Assembly (NCBI GenBank): GCA_964016885.1
Contig: OZ024741.1
Span: forward strand, 163,742,001 to 163,806,000
Source: Eledone cirrhosa
Taxonomy: Eukaryota
Direction: 5' to 3'
DNA: 64,000 nucleotides
How positions within the stretch are numbered: position 1 is the first letter of the stretch; the number at the start of each line of letters is the position of its first letter. This document shows, piece after piece, positions 21,504 through 33,623 of this stretch. The notes beneath the pieces are model-generated. The model worked only from the letters and a program-made list of their open reading frames with translations, searched no databases and was not told where the DNA came from. The translations under genes were made by a program, and so were the position numbers.

Positions 21504-24200
21504 GAGTATAAGGCGCTTTGAAAAACGAGCTACATTCTATAAGGACAATAATATGTTCAAAAACAATCAAAGAAACTTCTACAGAAAAATTGGTAAGTCA
21601 ACAATAACTGCTAAATCAATACCACCCAAGGAGGAAGTGCAAGAATTCTGGGAAAAGATCTGGGCCGAAGAAAAAGTTCATAACATACATGCCCCATGGA
21701 TAGACAGACAAATGAAAGATACAGCTCACCTTGAGGAACAAATACGGGAAAATATAACAGTTGAACAGTTGCGCTTGGCTCTAAGAAAAACCAGCAAATG
21801 GAAATCCCCAGGAAAAGACAAAATACAAAATTTTTGGATAAATGCCTTCACAGAGTCTCATGAGCTGTTAGCCCAACTTTACAATGAAATAGTTAAGGAG
21901 CCAGAAACGATACCATCATGGCTAGTTAACGGCATTATATTCCTGCTTCCGAAGAATGATGAGACAAACAATCCCAAAAATTACAGACCGATAACTTGCT
22001 TGACCACAATGTATAAAATTTTAACATCAGTCCTAACTGAATACACATATGACCACCTGATAACAAATGACCTATTTCCCATTGAGCAGAAAGGGTGTAA
22101 ACGAGGCTCATATGGCAGTAAGAATCAGCTTCTGGTTAACAAAATGATACTGGAAGATTGTCATAATAGACACAAAAATCTATCGATTGCTTGGATAGAT
22201 TATAAAAAAGCATTCGATAGTTTGCCACACAGTTGGATTGAAAAATGTTTAGAGATTTTCAAAATATCCCCCGTTGTCAGGGGGCTTTTGTCATTCAGTA
22301 TGAAGACATGGAAAACGACACTCCTTTTGAATAGTGAAACAAAATCACTGGAAGCTGGAGAAGTTAATATTAATTGTGGAATTTTTCAGGGTGACTCTTT
22401 ATCACCGCTTTTATTCTGCATCGCACTTATACCATTAAGTAAAATGCTCAATGAAACAAAACATGGATATAAAGTCTATGACAAAACCATTAATCACCTG
22501 TTCTACATGGATGACCTGAAACTATTTGCAAAAAAATGATGAACAATTGCAAGGGCTATTATCCACTGTGGAACAGTTCAGTGATGACATTAAAATGGAG
22601 TTTGGTCTAGATAAATGCGCCAAAGCAACGTTCACCAGAGGAAAGCTGCTGAAGAGTTTTGACATTAATCTTGATCGGGAGAACGTGATAAGAGAACTTG
22701 ATCAAGAAAAAACTTACAAATATCTAGGTGTTTGTGAAGGAGACGGAATCAAGCACTCGACAATGAGGGAAAGGATAAGGAAGGAATGTTACCGCAGAGT
22801 AAGAGCAATCTTAAGAACGGAATTGAATGCAAGGAATAGGATCGATGCCATAAACACGCTTGCCATACCAGTAGTAACCTACAGTTACAATGTCATCAAC
22901 TGGTCAAGCACAGAGATCCGTAGGCTCGATACAAAAATTCGAAAATTCTTAACCATGCACAGAATGCATCACCCTAAGGCAGATATAGATAGAATATATC
23001 TCCCTAGGAAAGAAGGAGGGCGTGGGTTAATCCAGTTAGACATTGCGTTGAAAACTGCAACAATTGGATTATCTACATATCTAAGGGAATCACATGATTG
23101 GATGATCAAACTCGTTTTGAAACACGAAAGCATCAAAAGATCATATTCCATTACAAAAGATGCACAAAGATACAGTAATGGACTACAAATTTCAGAAGCC
23201 CCATTTACTGCTGAAATGGAAAACACAGAAAAAGCAAAGCAGGTAAAAGTAACTGCAAAGAAAGAACTGCTACAGAAACTGGCAAAGAAATGGCAAGAAA
23301 AGCCTCTGTATGGAAAATACCCAGAGCGAGCTAACAATCCTGATGTTGACAAAACTTTAATCCATCAGTGGTTGGCATCCTCTGGACTGAAATCGGAGAC
23401 TGAAGGACTGATTATATCAGCACAAGATCAGTGTCTGCCAACAAAAAATTACCAAGCCAACATAATAAAAAATGGATGCAGCCCATTATGCCGTGTATGC
23501 AAAAAACAACCAGAGACCATTGACCATATAATTTCAATGTGCAGTCCTATAGCTCCAACCGAATACCTAAACAGGCATGACAGAGCTGCACAATACATAC
23601 ATTGGATAATGTGTAAGCATTTTGACCTGCCCCATCAAAAGAATTGGTGGGAGCATCAACCACCTCCCATACTTGAAAAAGATCACATCTCAATCTTGTG
23701 GAACTTTAGCATCCAAACAGACCGAAAAATAGATGCAAATAGACCTGATATAATATTGAAGGACTTTAAAAAGAGGGTATGCCTGCTAATTGATATGTCT
23801 GTTCCAATAGACAAGAATGTATCTATAAAAATATTTGAAAAATTGAGCAAGTATAAGGACCTGGAGATAGAAATTGGAAAAATGTGGAAATTGAGAACTA
23901 AAACAATACCAGTGGTTGTAGGCGCTCTGGGAATGATACCTAAGGAGTCTAATGATTACTTATCGCAGATCCCAGGAAACCCGCGTATAGGAGAAATACA
24001 AAAGATAGTACTAATGGGAACTGCCCATATACTAAGGAAGATTCTGTCAATATAAGTACATCACAAGTCTAAACACTAAAGATGCATGTGTGAGTATGTA
24101 TGTTCTTCCTTGAACATGGCGGACCTTGTTGTCTCTTGAGGTCACTGGTTGTGACTTGGTGATAACTCGTATGAACATAAAGCAAGATAAATGCAACTGT
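21504..24200 (+). mobile_element. R4/Dong-clade retrotransposon family 2, 5'-truncated
   Basis: ORFs 21553-22539 and 22526-24055: [57 protein letters not shown]...IDMSVP...EKLSKYKDL; one extra A in the run near 22530. Confidence 0.92.
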
Positions 24201-24206
24201 AATAAT

Positions 24207-24269
<63 letters not shown>
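24201..24269. repeat. (AAT)n spacer
   Basis: Direct reading. Confidence 0.95.
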
Positions 24270-26287
24270 CACATGTCTGCCCGTAATGTGGAAACTGTTG
24301 ACGAGCATTGTGTCTGAGGAAATCTACCATCACCTCCACACAAACAACTTGTTGCCGGACGAACAGAAAGGATGCCGAAAGAAGTCACGTGGTACAAAGG
24401 ACCAGTTGCTTATTGATAAGATGGTAATGGGGAATTGCAGGAGGAGACACACTGATCTTGCCATGGGATGGATAGACTACAGGAAGGCATTTGACATGGT
24501 GCCTCATTCCTGGATCACCAAAAGCCTGGAGATCTTCAGGGTGGCAGATAACATCAGACAGTTGCTGGGCAGGAGTATGGGGTCCTGGGAGACAGAGTTG
24601 ACATCAACTGGAGTATCCTTGGGAAGCGTGAAGATCAAGAGAGGTATCTTCCAGGGAGATAGCCTGTCCCCTCTGTTGTTTGTCCTTGCCCTGATGCCCT
24701 TGACCATTATGCTGCGAAAAGTGAGAGCAGGATACAAGTTGGGAAGGGGAGAGCTTGCCATCAATCACCTCCTCTTCATGGACGATCTTAAGCTCTTCGG
24801 GAAAAGTGAGAAGGAGTTGGATGTGCTTGTTGACACTGTCCGTATTTTCAGCAGTGATATATGTATGCAGTTTGGTATTGGTAAATGTGGAGTCATTGTG
24901 ATGAGGAGGGGTAGGTTGAGCAGAAGTAACGGGATCCAGATACCAACAGGTGAGATGATAAAGGAAATTGACTCTGAGGAAGGATACAAGTATTTGGGTG
25001 TTCTGGAGGCTGATGGCATAAAGAACAAAAAAATGAAGGAATTGTTAAGAACTGAATACATTCGGAGAGTAAGGAGCGTATTGAAGTCACATCTGAACAG
25101 CAGAAATGCCATAAGCGCAGTAAATTCCCGAGCTGTGTCTATTATTAGGTACAGTGCGGGAATTCTGAGATGGAATGTTGCTGAACAAAAAGAAATGGAT
25201 AGGAAGACTAGGAAGCTATTGACTATCTACAACATGTTCCACAAGAGGAGTGATGTCGATAGACTCTACCTAAGGAGATCTGAGGGTGGAAGAGGTCTTA
25301 TCAGCATAGAGGACTGTGTTCAGATGGAGAAAAACAACCTATACAAATACGTGACCTATAGTAAGGAGCCAATGCTCAGAGCTGTACTGAAGGAGGGGAC
25401 AGTAGGCCAGGGGATACCCAAGGAGGAAATAACATCAAGGAGGAAGAGCAGCCTTAAGGGAAAATCCCTTCATAGTACCTTCTTTGAGAAAACTGAATTT
25501 AGAGATCCACAGACATGGAACTGGTTGAGAAGAGGAGACCTCAAAAAGGCTACAGAAGGAATGCTAATGGCCGCGCAGGAGCAGGCCCTCAAAACGAAGT
25601 GGTTGAAGCACCATATCTACAAGGAGGAGGCTAGCCCACTGTGCAGGATCTGTGGAGAGAGAGAGGAGACTGTGGCTCACATTGTGTCCGAGTGTAAACA
25701 CCTAGCCCAGACCCACTATAAGGGCTGGAGACACGATGTGATGGGCAGGGTGATCCACTGGCACCTGTGCAAAGTAAACAATCTACCACATTCTGAGAAA
25801 TGGTATGAGCATAGGCCAGAGGCGGTGATGGAGAACAGTCAGGTGAAGGTGCTGTGGGATTTTAGGATACAGACGGACAAAAAACTGGAACACAATAGAC
25901 CTGACCTGGTGGTTGTGGACAAAGAAAAAAGATCGTGCCTGATTGTGGATGTGGCCTGCCCGTTCGACACGAGAGTGCAAGAGAAGGAGAGGGAGAAAAT
26001 TAACCGATACCAGGACCTAAAGTGGGAGGTGAAAAGGATTTGGAACTGCCATGAAGTCAAAGTGATCCCGATTGTCATAGGCGCACTGGGGACTATCTCC
26101 AAAGGTTTCCAGGGATGGTTAAAGAAAATCGGCCCCTTCACGCTTTTTGGAACGCTTCAAAAGGCATGCTTGCTTGGAACGGCAAGAACCCTCCGATACG
26201 TCCTGAATATCTGAGGCTGCAGGTAGTGGCTTGATATTCAATCCAACGGACTTTCCAGTTAACCAACATCAATGACTGAGATTCAAG

Positions 26288-26288
<1 letters not shown>
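24270..26288 (+). mobile_element. Dong family 1 copy 2, 5'-truncated, young
   Basis: Begins mid-RT (CACATGTCTG, equivalent to about 7521); 3'UTR ends ATTCAAGG then (AAT)n. Confidence 0.93.
24286..26214 (+). CDS. Uninterrupted 642-aa C-terminal part of the Dong polyprotein (RT, CCHC, PD-(D/E)xK endonuclease); N-terminally truncated, expression unproven
   Basis: [57 protein letters not shown]...IVDVACP...EREKINRY. Confidence 0.8.
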   Translation: MWKLLTSIVSEEIYHHLHTNNLLPDEQKGCRKKSRGTKDQLLIDKMVMGNCRRRHTDLAMGWIDYRKAFDMVPHSWITKSLEIFRVADNIRQLLGRSMGSWETELTSTGVSLGSVKIKRGIFQGDSLSPLLFVLALMPLTIMLRKVRAGYKLGRGELAINHLLFMDDLKLFGKSEKELDVLVDTVRIFSSDICMQFGIGKCGVIVMRRGRLSRSNGIQIPTGEMIKEIDSEEGYKYLGVLEADGIKNKKMKELLRTEYIRRVRSVLKSHLNSRNAISAVNSRAVSIIRYSAGILRWNVAEQKEMDRKTRKLLTIYNMFHKRSDVDRLYLRRSEGGRGLISIEDCVQMEKNNLYKYVTYSKEPMLRAVLKEGTVGQGIPKEEITSRRKSSLKGKSLHSTFFEKTEFRDPQTWNWLRRGDLKKATEGMLMAAQEQALKTKWLKHHIYKEEASPLCRICGEREETVAHIVSECKHLAQTHYKGWRHDVMGRVIHWHLCKVNNLPHSEKWYEHRPEAVMENSQVKVLWDFRIQTDKKLEHNRPDLVVVDKEKRSCLIVDVACPFDTRVQEKEREKINRYQDLKWEVKRIWNCHEVKVIPIVIGALGTISKGFQGWLKKIGPFTLFGTLQKACLLGTARTLRYVLNI

Positions 26289-26366
<78 letters not shown>
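26289..26366. repeat. (AAT)n spacer
   Basis: 26 AAT units. Confidence 0.95.
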
Positions 26367-26369
<3 letters not shown>

Positions 26370-27384
26370 ATGGAATGTTGCTGAACAAAAAGAAATGGAT
26401 AGGAAGACTAGGAAGCTATTGACTATCTACAACATGTTCCACAAGAGGAGTGATGTCGATAGACTCTACCTAAGGAGATCTGAGGGTGGAAGAGGTCTTA
26501 TCAGCATAGAGGACTGTGTTCAGATGGAGAAAAACAACCTATACAAATACGTGACCTATAGTAAGGAGCCAATGCTCAAAACTGTACTGAAGGAGGGGAC
26601 AGTAGGCCAGGGGATGTCCAAGGAGGAAATAACATCAAGGAGGAAGAGCAGCCTTAAGGGAAAATCCCTTCATAGTACCTTCTTTGAGAAAACTGAATTT
26701 AGAGATCCACAGACATGGAACTGGTTGAGAAGAGGAGACCTCAAAAAGGCTACAGAAGGAATGATAATGGCTGCGCATTGTGTCCGAGTGTAAACACCTA
26801 GCCCAGACCCACTATAAGGGCTGGAGACACGATGTGATGGGCAGGGTGATCCACTGGCACCTGTGCAAAGTAAACAATTTACCACATTCTGAGAAATGGT
26901 ATGAGCATAGGCCGGAGGCGGTGATGGAGAACAATCAGGTGAAGGTGCTGTGGGATTTTAGGATACAGACGGACAAAAAACTGGAACACAATAGACCTGA
27001 CCTGGTGGTTGTGGACAAAGAAAAAAGATCGTGTCTGATTGTGGATGTGGCCTGCCCGTTCGACACGAGAGTGCAAGAGAAGGAGAGGGAGAAAATTAAC
27101 CGATACCAGGACCTAAAGTGGGAGGTGAAAAGGATTTGGAACTGCCATGAAGTCAAAGTGATCCCGATTGTCATAGGCGCACTGGGGACTATCTCCAAAA
27201 GTTTCCAGGGATGGTTAAAGAAAATCGGCCCCTTCACGCTTTTTGGAACGCTTCAAAAGGCATGCTTGCTTGGAACAGCAAGAACCCTCCGATACATCCT
27301 GAATATCTGAGGCTTCAGGTAGTGGCTTGATATTCATTCCAACGGACTTTCCAGTTAACCAACATCAATGACTGAGATTCAAGG
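26367..27384 (+). mobile_element. Dong family 1 copy 3, 5'-truncated, with an internal deletion of about 104 bp
   Basis: Near identical to 25167-26288; GCGCA|TTGTGTCC junction near 26777 removes most of the CCHC motif. Confidence 0.93.
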
Positions 27385-27397
27385 AATAACAATAATG

Positions 27398-27430
<33 letters not shown>
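27385..27430. repeat. Imperfect (AAT)n spacer
   Basis: aataacaataatgataat... Confidence 0.9.
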
Positions 27431-28157
27431 GACCTTAAAAAGGCTACAGAAGGAATGTGAATGTTAATGGCTGCGCAGGAGCAGGCCCTCAAAACGAAGT
27501 GGTTGAAACACCATATTTACAAGGCGGAGGCTAGCCCACTGTGCAGGATCTGTGGAGAGAGAGAGGAGACTGTGGCTCACATTGTATCCGAGTGTAAACA
27601 CCTAGCCCAGACTCACTATAAGGGCTGGAGACATGATGTGATGGGCAGGGTGATCCACAGGCACCTATGCAAAGTAAACAATTTACCACATTCTGAGAAG
27701 TGGTATGAGCATAGGCCAGAGGCGGTGATAGAAAACGATCAGGTGAAGGTGCTGTGGGATTTTAGGATACAGACGGACAAGAAACTGGAACACAATAGAC
27801 CTGACCTGGTGGTTGTGGACAAAGAAAAAAGATCGTGCCTGATTGTGGATGTGGACACGAAAGTGCAAGAGAAGGAGAGGGAGAAAATTAACCGATACCA
27901 GGACTTAAAGTGGGAGGTAAAAAGGATTTGGAACTGCCATGAAGTCAAAGTGATCCCGATTGTCATAGGCGCACTAGGGACTATCTCAAAAAGTTTCCAG
28001 GGATGGTTAAAGAAAATTGGCCCCTTCACGCTTTTTGGAACGCTTCAAAAGGCATGCTTGCTGGGAACAGCAAGAACCCTCCGATACGTCCTGAATATCT
28101 GAGGCTGCAGGTAGTGGCTTGATATTCATTTCAACAAACTTTCTGAGACTCAAAGAG
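27431..28157 (+). mobile_element. Dong family 1 copy 4, 5'-truncated, copy-1-like alleles
   Basis: ORF 27461-28102; 12-bp in-frame deletion (ACPF lost); shortened 3'UTR. Confidence 0.92.
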
Positions 28158-28158
28158 C

Positions 28159-28225
<67 letters not shown>
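28158..28225. repeat. (CAA)n tail ending the array
   Basis: About 22 CAA units. Confidence 0.95.
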
Positions 28226-28229
<4 letters not shown>

Positions 28230-29199
28230 ATTTAAAATTATTTCTAATAAATGATGATATTAAATAATCTGAAGAAAAAAATAAATACTAAAATATATTT
28301 TATAAAATACACTAGTAACATTTATAGTTATCACTCCCATATGGATGAAAAAACATTGGTTAAATCTGAATAGATCATCTAACATCTTTTTCCTGCTTCC
28401 ACTGCCTTTTCCCCTCCCATCTTTGCTTTTTTATTATTTTGGGTGATGTTGCTTCTTTTGGGACAGAGAGCTTTAGACTCAAATCGCACAAGAAAAACAA
28501 AAATAATAACATATTCTCTGCACACATCTCCATTGTACAAAACTTAAAAGTGTTTGCATTTCAAGACATTTCATTGCGTGGTCACTACGAACCACTTATG
28601 CAAGAAGAGGAAAGCAATTTTAGAAAGTATTAAGAGTTATTGAAATTGTTGGAAAACATTGATCCCTCATAAACGGACGTCTCAGTAATGACAATAAGAA
28701 TGCTGAAAGAATATATTTATTTTCGTTCGTGTAGAATGAATGATTCAACAGATGACTTCTATTATTTGCAGGAAATAGTTTTATAGCTTTTATAAGACTA
28801 TATATTTAGTCTGAAGTCTGAAGTTTGATTCTAATCCAGACCAAAACATGGAGACAAAATAACAAAAACAGTTTGTTATATTGATAATTCATTTTATGGA
28901 GAGAAAGCATTATTTGGAAAATGCTTTTCTTCGATTTATCCAAAGTGTACTACAAAAATGGTAGAAGTTAAGGGGTTAATACGATTCGAAGACTGTATTT
29001 TAATGCGTTGTTAATTTTGCAGTTATGGTTCACTATAAAAGTTGTGTTTAACAGGGACAAGTGAAAGAATTGGCAAAGCAATTTGTATAAATCGCGATAA
29101 TCATTTTCTAAATTTCCTTGGAGTGTCGACAGTCGATGGACTTTAGTCAAATCGTACCGATCAAACAATGTTTCCATTGGTATTTCTAATACTATCTAT

Positions 29200-29315
29200 C
29201 GGTCGCAACTCCAGGTAGAAGGAGCAACATGAAATAAAATGTTTTGCCCAAGGTCATAACACATCACAACCTCACGTTTGTGAATCCAATTCTCTAACCA
29301 CTCAGCCACGCACCT
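29200..29315 (-). mobile_element. Remnant of a second SINE family (CORE-like)
   Basis: TGTTTTGCCCAAGGTCATAAC and CTCTAACCACTCAGCCAC resemble the reverse CORE and tRNA A-box segments. Confidence 0.45.
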
Positions 29316-29599
29316 TCGTTGGAGTGTATGTTGTTAAATATGATGAATTAATTGTAACTTTTTTAGTGCAATTTATTAGCTTTTTTTATTCTTTATATGC
29401 TCAACAGTACGTCGGCAATAGCTGAAAGATGCCATAACAATAGTTGGTAAATTTAAGCCGAAAGCCCAGCGGAGTTCCAAAAACAAAGGTTTTGATATCA
29501 GTTCATGAAAACTTTCAAACAAAAGTGAAACTTGTGCAAAGCAAGGTTTCTGAGATGTGAAAGTGGAGAAGAAAGTAAATAAAATTAATTTGTTCAATC

Positions 29600-30020
29600 A
29601 CATACATGAGGGTGTGTCCGTGAAACATATGCACATACACAAGGTCCGAACACAAAAGATCCAAACTCCCACTGTCACTGCTTCCGTCTTTGCCGCTCTC
29701 CCTATATCTCACTATTATGAGGAAACGGGGACCCATGCACTGGCTGACCCGTGGTCCCGGCGGACAGAATAGAGAAGCCGTTTCCCTGGAGGATGGTGAG
29801 GGAGATGCGCTGGAAGAGCCTTTCCAGCTCGCGAGGCTCACACCTGCGCTTAGCCAACTTTGTGCCGATGGTGGTGAGCAGAGAGGTAGCCCTAGGGCCA
29901 AGGAAAGCAGAAGTCTCAACTGCCATGGACTCACCCGCAAATATGTCGGAGAGCGACCGATATTTGGAGAAGATTGCTGATCAGGATCAAACTTATGATA
30001 CAAGCGGTGAGCCAAAGTAG
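29600..30020 (-). mobile_element. 3' fragment of a CRE-like (RLE) non-LTR retrotransposon
   Basis: SKY...MAVETSAFLGPRA...EPRELERLFQRISLTILQGNG matches the AVETxG...FQRxSxxxQRGNA C-terminal pattern. Confidence 0.65.
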
Positions 30021-31929
30021 TCACTGAATCAAGTTTTGATATTTAATATCTTGGTTTTTCTTTCATGAATTTAAAGCCAGGCTGAAGCTATATGAATACT
30101 GTATTATTCAAGAACAAATACGCCTAAGAATGGAGAAACAACTGCATATGATGGAAAGACAAATATTTAAGTTTTACTACGAATGATGAGAATAAGACAA
30201 ATATTCATAATGAAGTAAAAGAAAGATTTATTGCTCTTCATATTTTGAATTCGAATTTGAATTTCCTCTAGATACTACAGCATTATTCTTTGCTCAAATG
30301 AAAACAATGATATTCATATCGTGTATATTATTTTTAATTTGTCTCAACAGTGGACAGCTTTATGACACCGATATAGACGGGTGTTAGCTTTATGAAGAAA
30401 TATTGGACTTTAAGATGCTTTTGAATAAGTTTTATTTCCATTCTAAACAAAACTCTTTTTTGTTCAGCATAGAAATTAAATTGTTTTTCAGACATTGAGG
30501 ATAGTTATTGAGATAATGCTTACTAATCCAATTTCAATCGCCGGATGTGAGTAATCTCTCAGCAACTCAAAATCGATCTCATATTTAAACTAAAGTTAAA
30601 GAAGTACTTTTTTAAAATTATGTTCAGAATTCTTCATGATAACAAAAAAAAAATAGTTGCTAACAAGTCATTTGTTTTAAAGTTCTTTATAGTTAGTATA
30701 ATTCCATTTTAATATGTTTACACATTTTTGTATTGTTTTGATTTCAAATGTTATAAGTTTTATATATGTCTTATATATAACCGTTCGTCTATTTGTCGCA
30801 AAATACACATCTTAGAAGTATATAAGAGTTATTATTCCATGTAACAATAGTACCTTAATAGAAATTAACTGTAATTGTAAAAAAAATACTAGTTTTATGG
30901 GCGCCATTTATTGATTTGCCTTGGCAGTATAAACTTTAGTTTCCCTCCTGCCACCTGCTTATTTATAAAAAAATAAACTTCTTTATATTACATCTTTCTT
31001 CTTTATTGTGATTTATAATCGGACTTTGTTCATTGTTACAACCATGTATCCCAAAATACAAAATTTTTAATGAATAAAATTGTTTTCTGTTTAATATTGG
31101 GAAGGACGTAATAAAACAACATTGTAAATTTGTATTCTTTATTTTATAAACGCATGCCTTAGCCGAGATGCTTCAGCCATTGATCCCAATTAATATACTC
31201 TTCATGAATGTTATTGCCTATTTTATTGCTAATTTATAGAAAATTGTGTGTTACCGTCTCCTGCCAATTTCACAGTGAGCCAATAAAGGTTGTATTTTAA
31301 TGGCAACAGCAACATTACTAATCATAGCACTTTTTCACTAAGATTCCTTAAATAGTCTTTTACGATCTAAAGCCGTCATGGATATAGCTTGTTCCTATTA
31401 ATTTTGTTACAGTTTATGTAACACCACATGTCTAGAGAACGGAAGCTGGACTAGTGGCAAGCAGAATTCATGGTTCTATTTCAATTCTTGTACCAATTCT
31501 ATTCCCTTGATATCATTAATATCATTTTTATCACCAGAATGAAATCTACTTATTTAAAGTTCAACAGGAAGCCACTGCAGTATGCTTTCCTTGAGTTTCC
31601 ATTGATAATCATTATAAAATTATGTCGTGAAACAAATATACTTTGAAAATCAATATTCTTGCCGAGTTATCAAAATGCATATCAGCATTTTTACAGTAAC
31701 ATATCGAATTTAATTTGGTGGATTAGTTTTCCACAGTAATGATGATGGATCGTCCGCAGGTATCGATGATCAGATCTCATGCATTAAGGGGTAATTCATT
31801 GAATGTTTCAGAGACACCTGTATCCTTAACGCATTTCAAAAGTGGAATTAATTTGACACAATATGTAAGTAGACTAGACCTTTGAATTTTTCATTCAAAC
31901 TATTGGCTTAAAATTCTACTATAGTGATA

Positions 31930-32547
<618 letters not shown>

Positions 32548-33501
32548 AATGTAGAGAAGTGACACATGAATTGATATATATAAAAAGGTAAAAAATAGAG
32601 TAGAAAATGCTAGAAGGATTTTTTCAATATAACTTCAAAACATTTTTTTATAAAGTAGGGATTTCCGCATTTAATTATGTACCGGTTTCAGCTTTATATG
32701 CTTTTTTCAACGACAGAAGTGTGTAGTGCAGTTAAATTGCATATTTATACGAATAATAATAAAATGGAGACATTTTTTTAAACTTTTTACATACATATTT
32801 AGAGAGGAAAGTTCATTTTTTTTTCCGTAGTTTTATTAGTGTTGACCAACAGAGGTGGTAGTAGTTTAAATTGTTGACTACGACTCGTAGTAGTGGGGTA
32901 GAAGGGGAAGGAGAGGAAGAAGGAGAAGAATAAGGAGAAGAAGTGGGGGTGGGGGTGGAGAAGAAGAATATATATATTTGTTTTCGTGTATATATATGTA
33001 TCGATAGATAGATATATGTGTGTATGTGTGTGCACATAAATTTGTAGGTGGCACACACAAATGTTAGAATGTCAAACAAAATATCTTGAACTCTTTATTC
33101 CGATTCCTTGCGTTCTGAATTCAAATCCATCGAGGTCAATTTTGCCTTTCATCATTCTGGATCGATAAATAATCTAGTCTAGGCGAGTGAACTGGTTGAT
33201 TTTTTTAGATCATTCGATAAGATGTCGTATTATATTACTTCTGGCCATTTGCGTTCTGAGTTGAAATACATCCCTGGCCTACATGAGTGATAGAATTACT
33301 TGGTCACCTGTTTTAAAACCAACACCTGTCCCTTGATTTGATACGTCATTAAAATCAACCACATGATTTATTACCCTCTCATACTAGCTGTTAAGCTAAG
33401 AATTCTTGCTGTGTTGCAAATGATATTGACTTTATAAAGCCACGAGATACATAAATAATACATAAATCTCTTATATTCCGCCTCACGTCTTACACACACA
33501 G

Positions 33502-33509
33502 TATATATA

Positions 33510-33582
<73 letters not shown>

Positions 33583-33623
33583 ACTGTGTGTGTCCGTGTG
33601 TGTGTGTGAGTGTGCGTGTGTGT
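33502..33623. repeat. Compound (TA)n(TG)n microsatellite
   Basis: Direct reading. Confidence 0.95.

Larger units (their letters stand above)
28500..30950 (+). mobile_element. Degraded hAT (ZMYM1-like) transposon with nested insertions; boundaries approximate
   Basis: FAFQDISLRGHYE...SNF near 28550-28630 resembles the hAT LRGH..E...GNF motif; LTNPISIAGCE*S near 30520 resembles the dimerisation-domain motif LTIPVTVASCERSF. Confidence 0.5.

Noticed and set aside
26272-26793. Poly-Ile fusion ORF linking Dong copies 2 and 3
   Set aside because: Chance read-through of an AAT tract in the ATA frame; tract length is unstable.
9475-27430. CRISPR-like or telomeric array interpretation of the repeat-spacer pattern
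   Set aside because: The repeats are variable-length trinucleotide tracts and the spacers are kb-scale LINEs; there are no cas genes and no TTAGGG repeats.
31150-31830. Non-repetitive stretch as a coding exon
   Set aside because: Stops in all minus-strand frames examined, no long ORF in the track and no recognisable motif.
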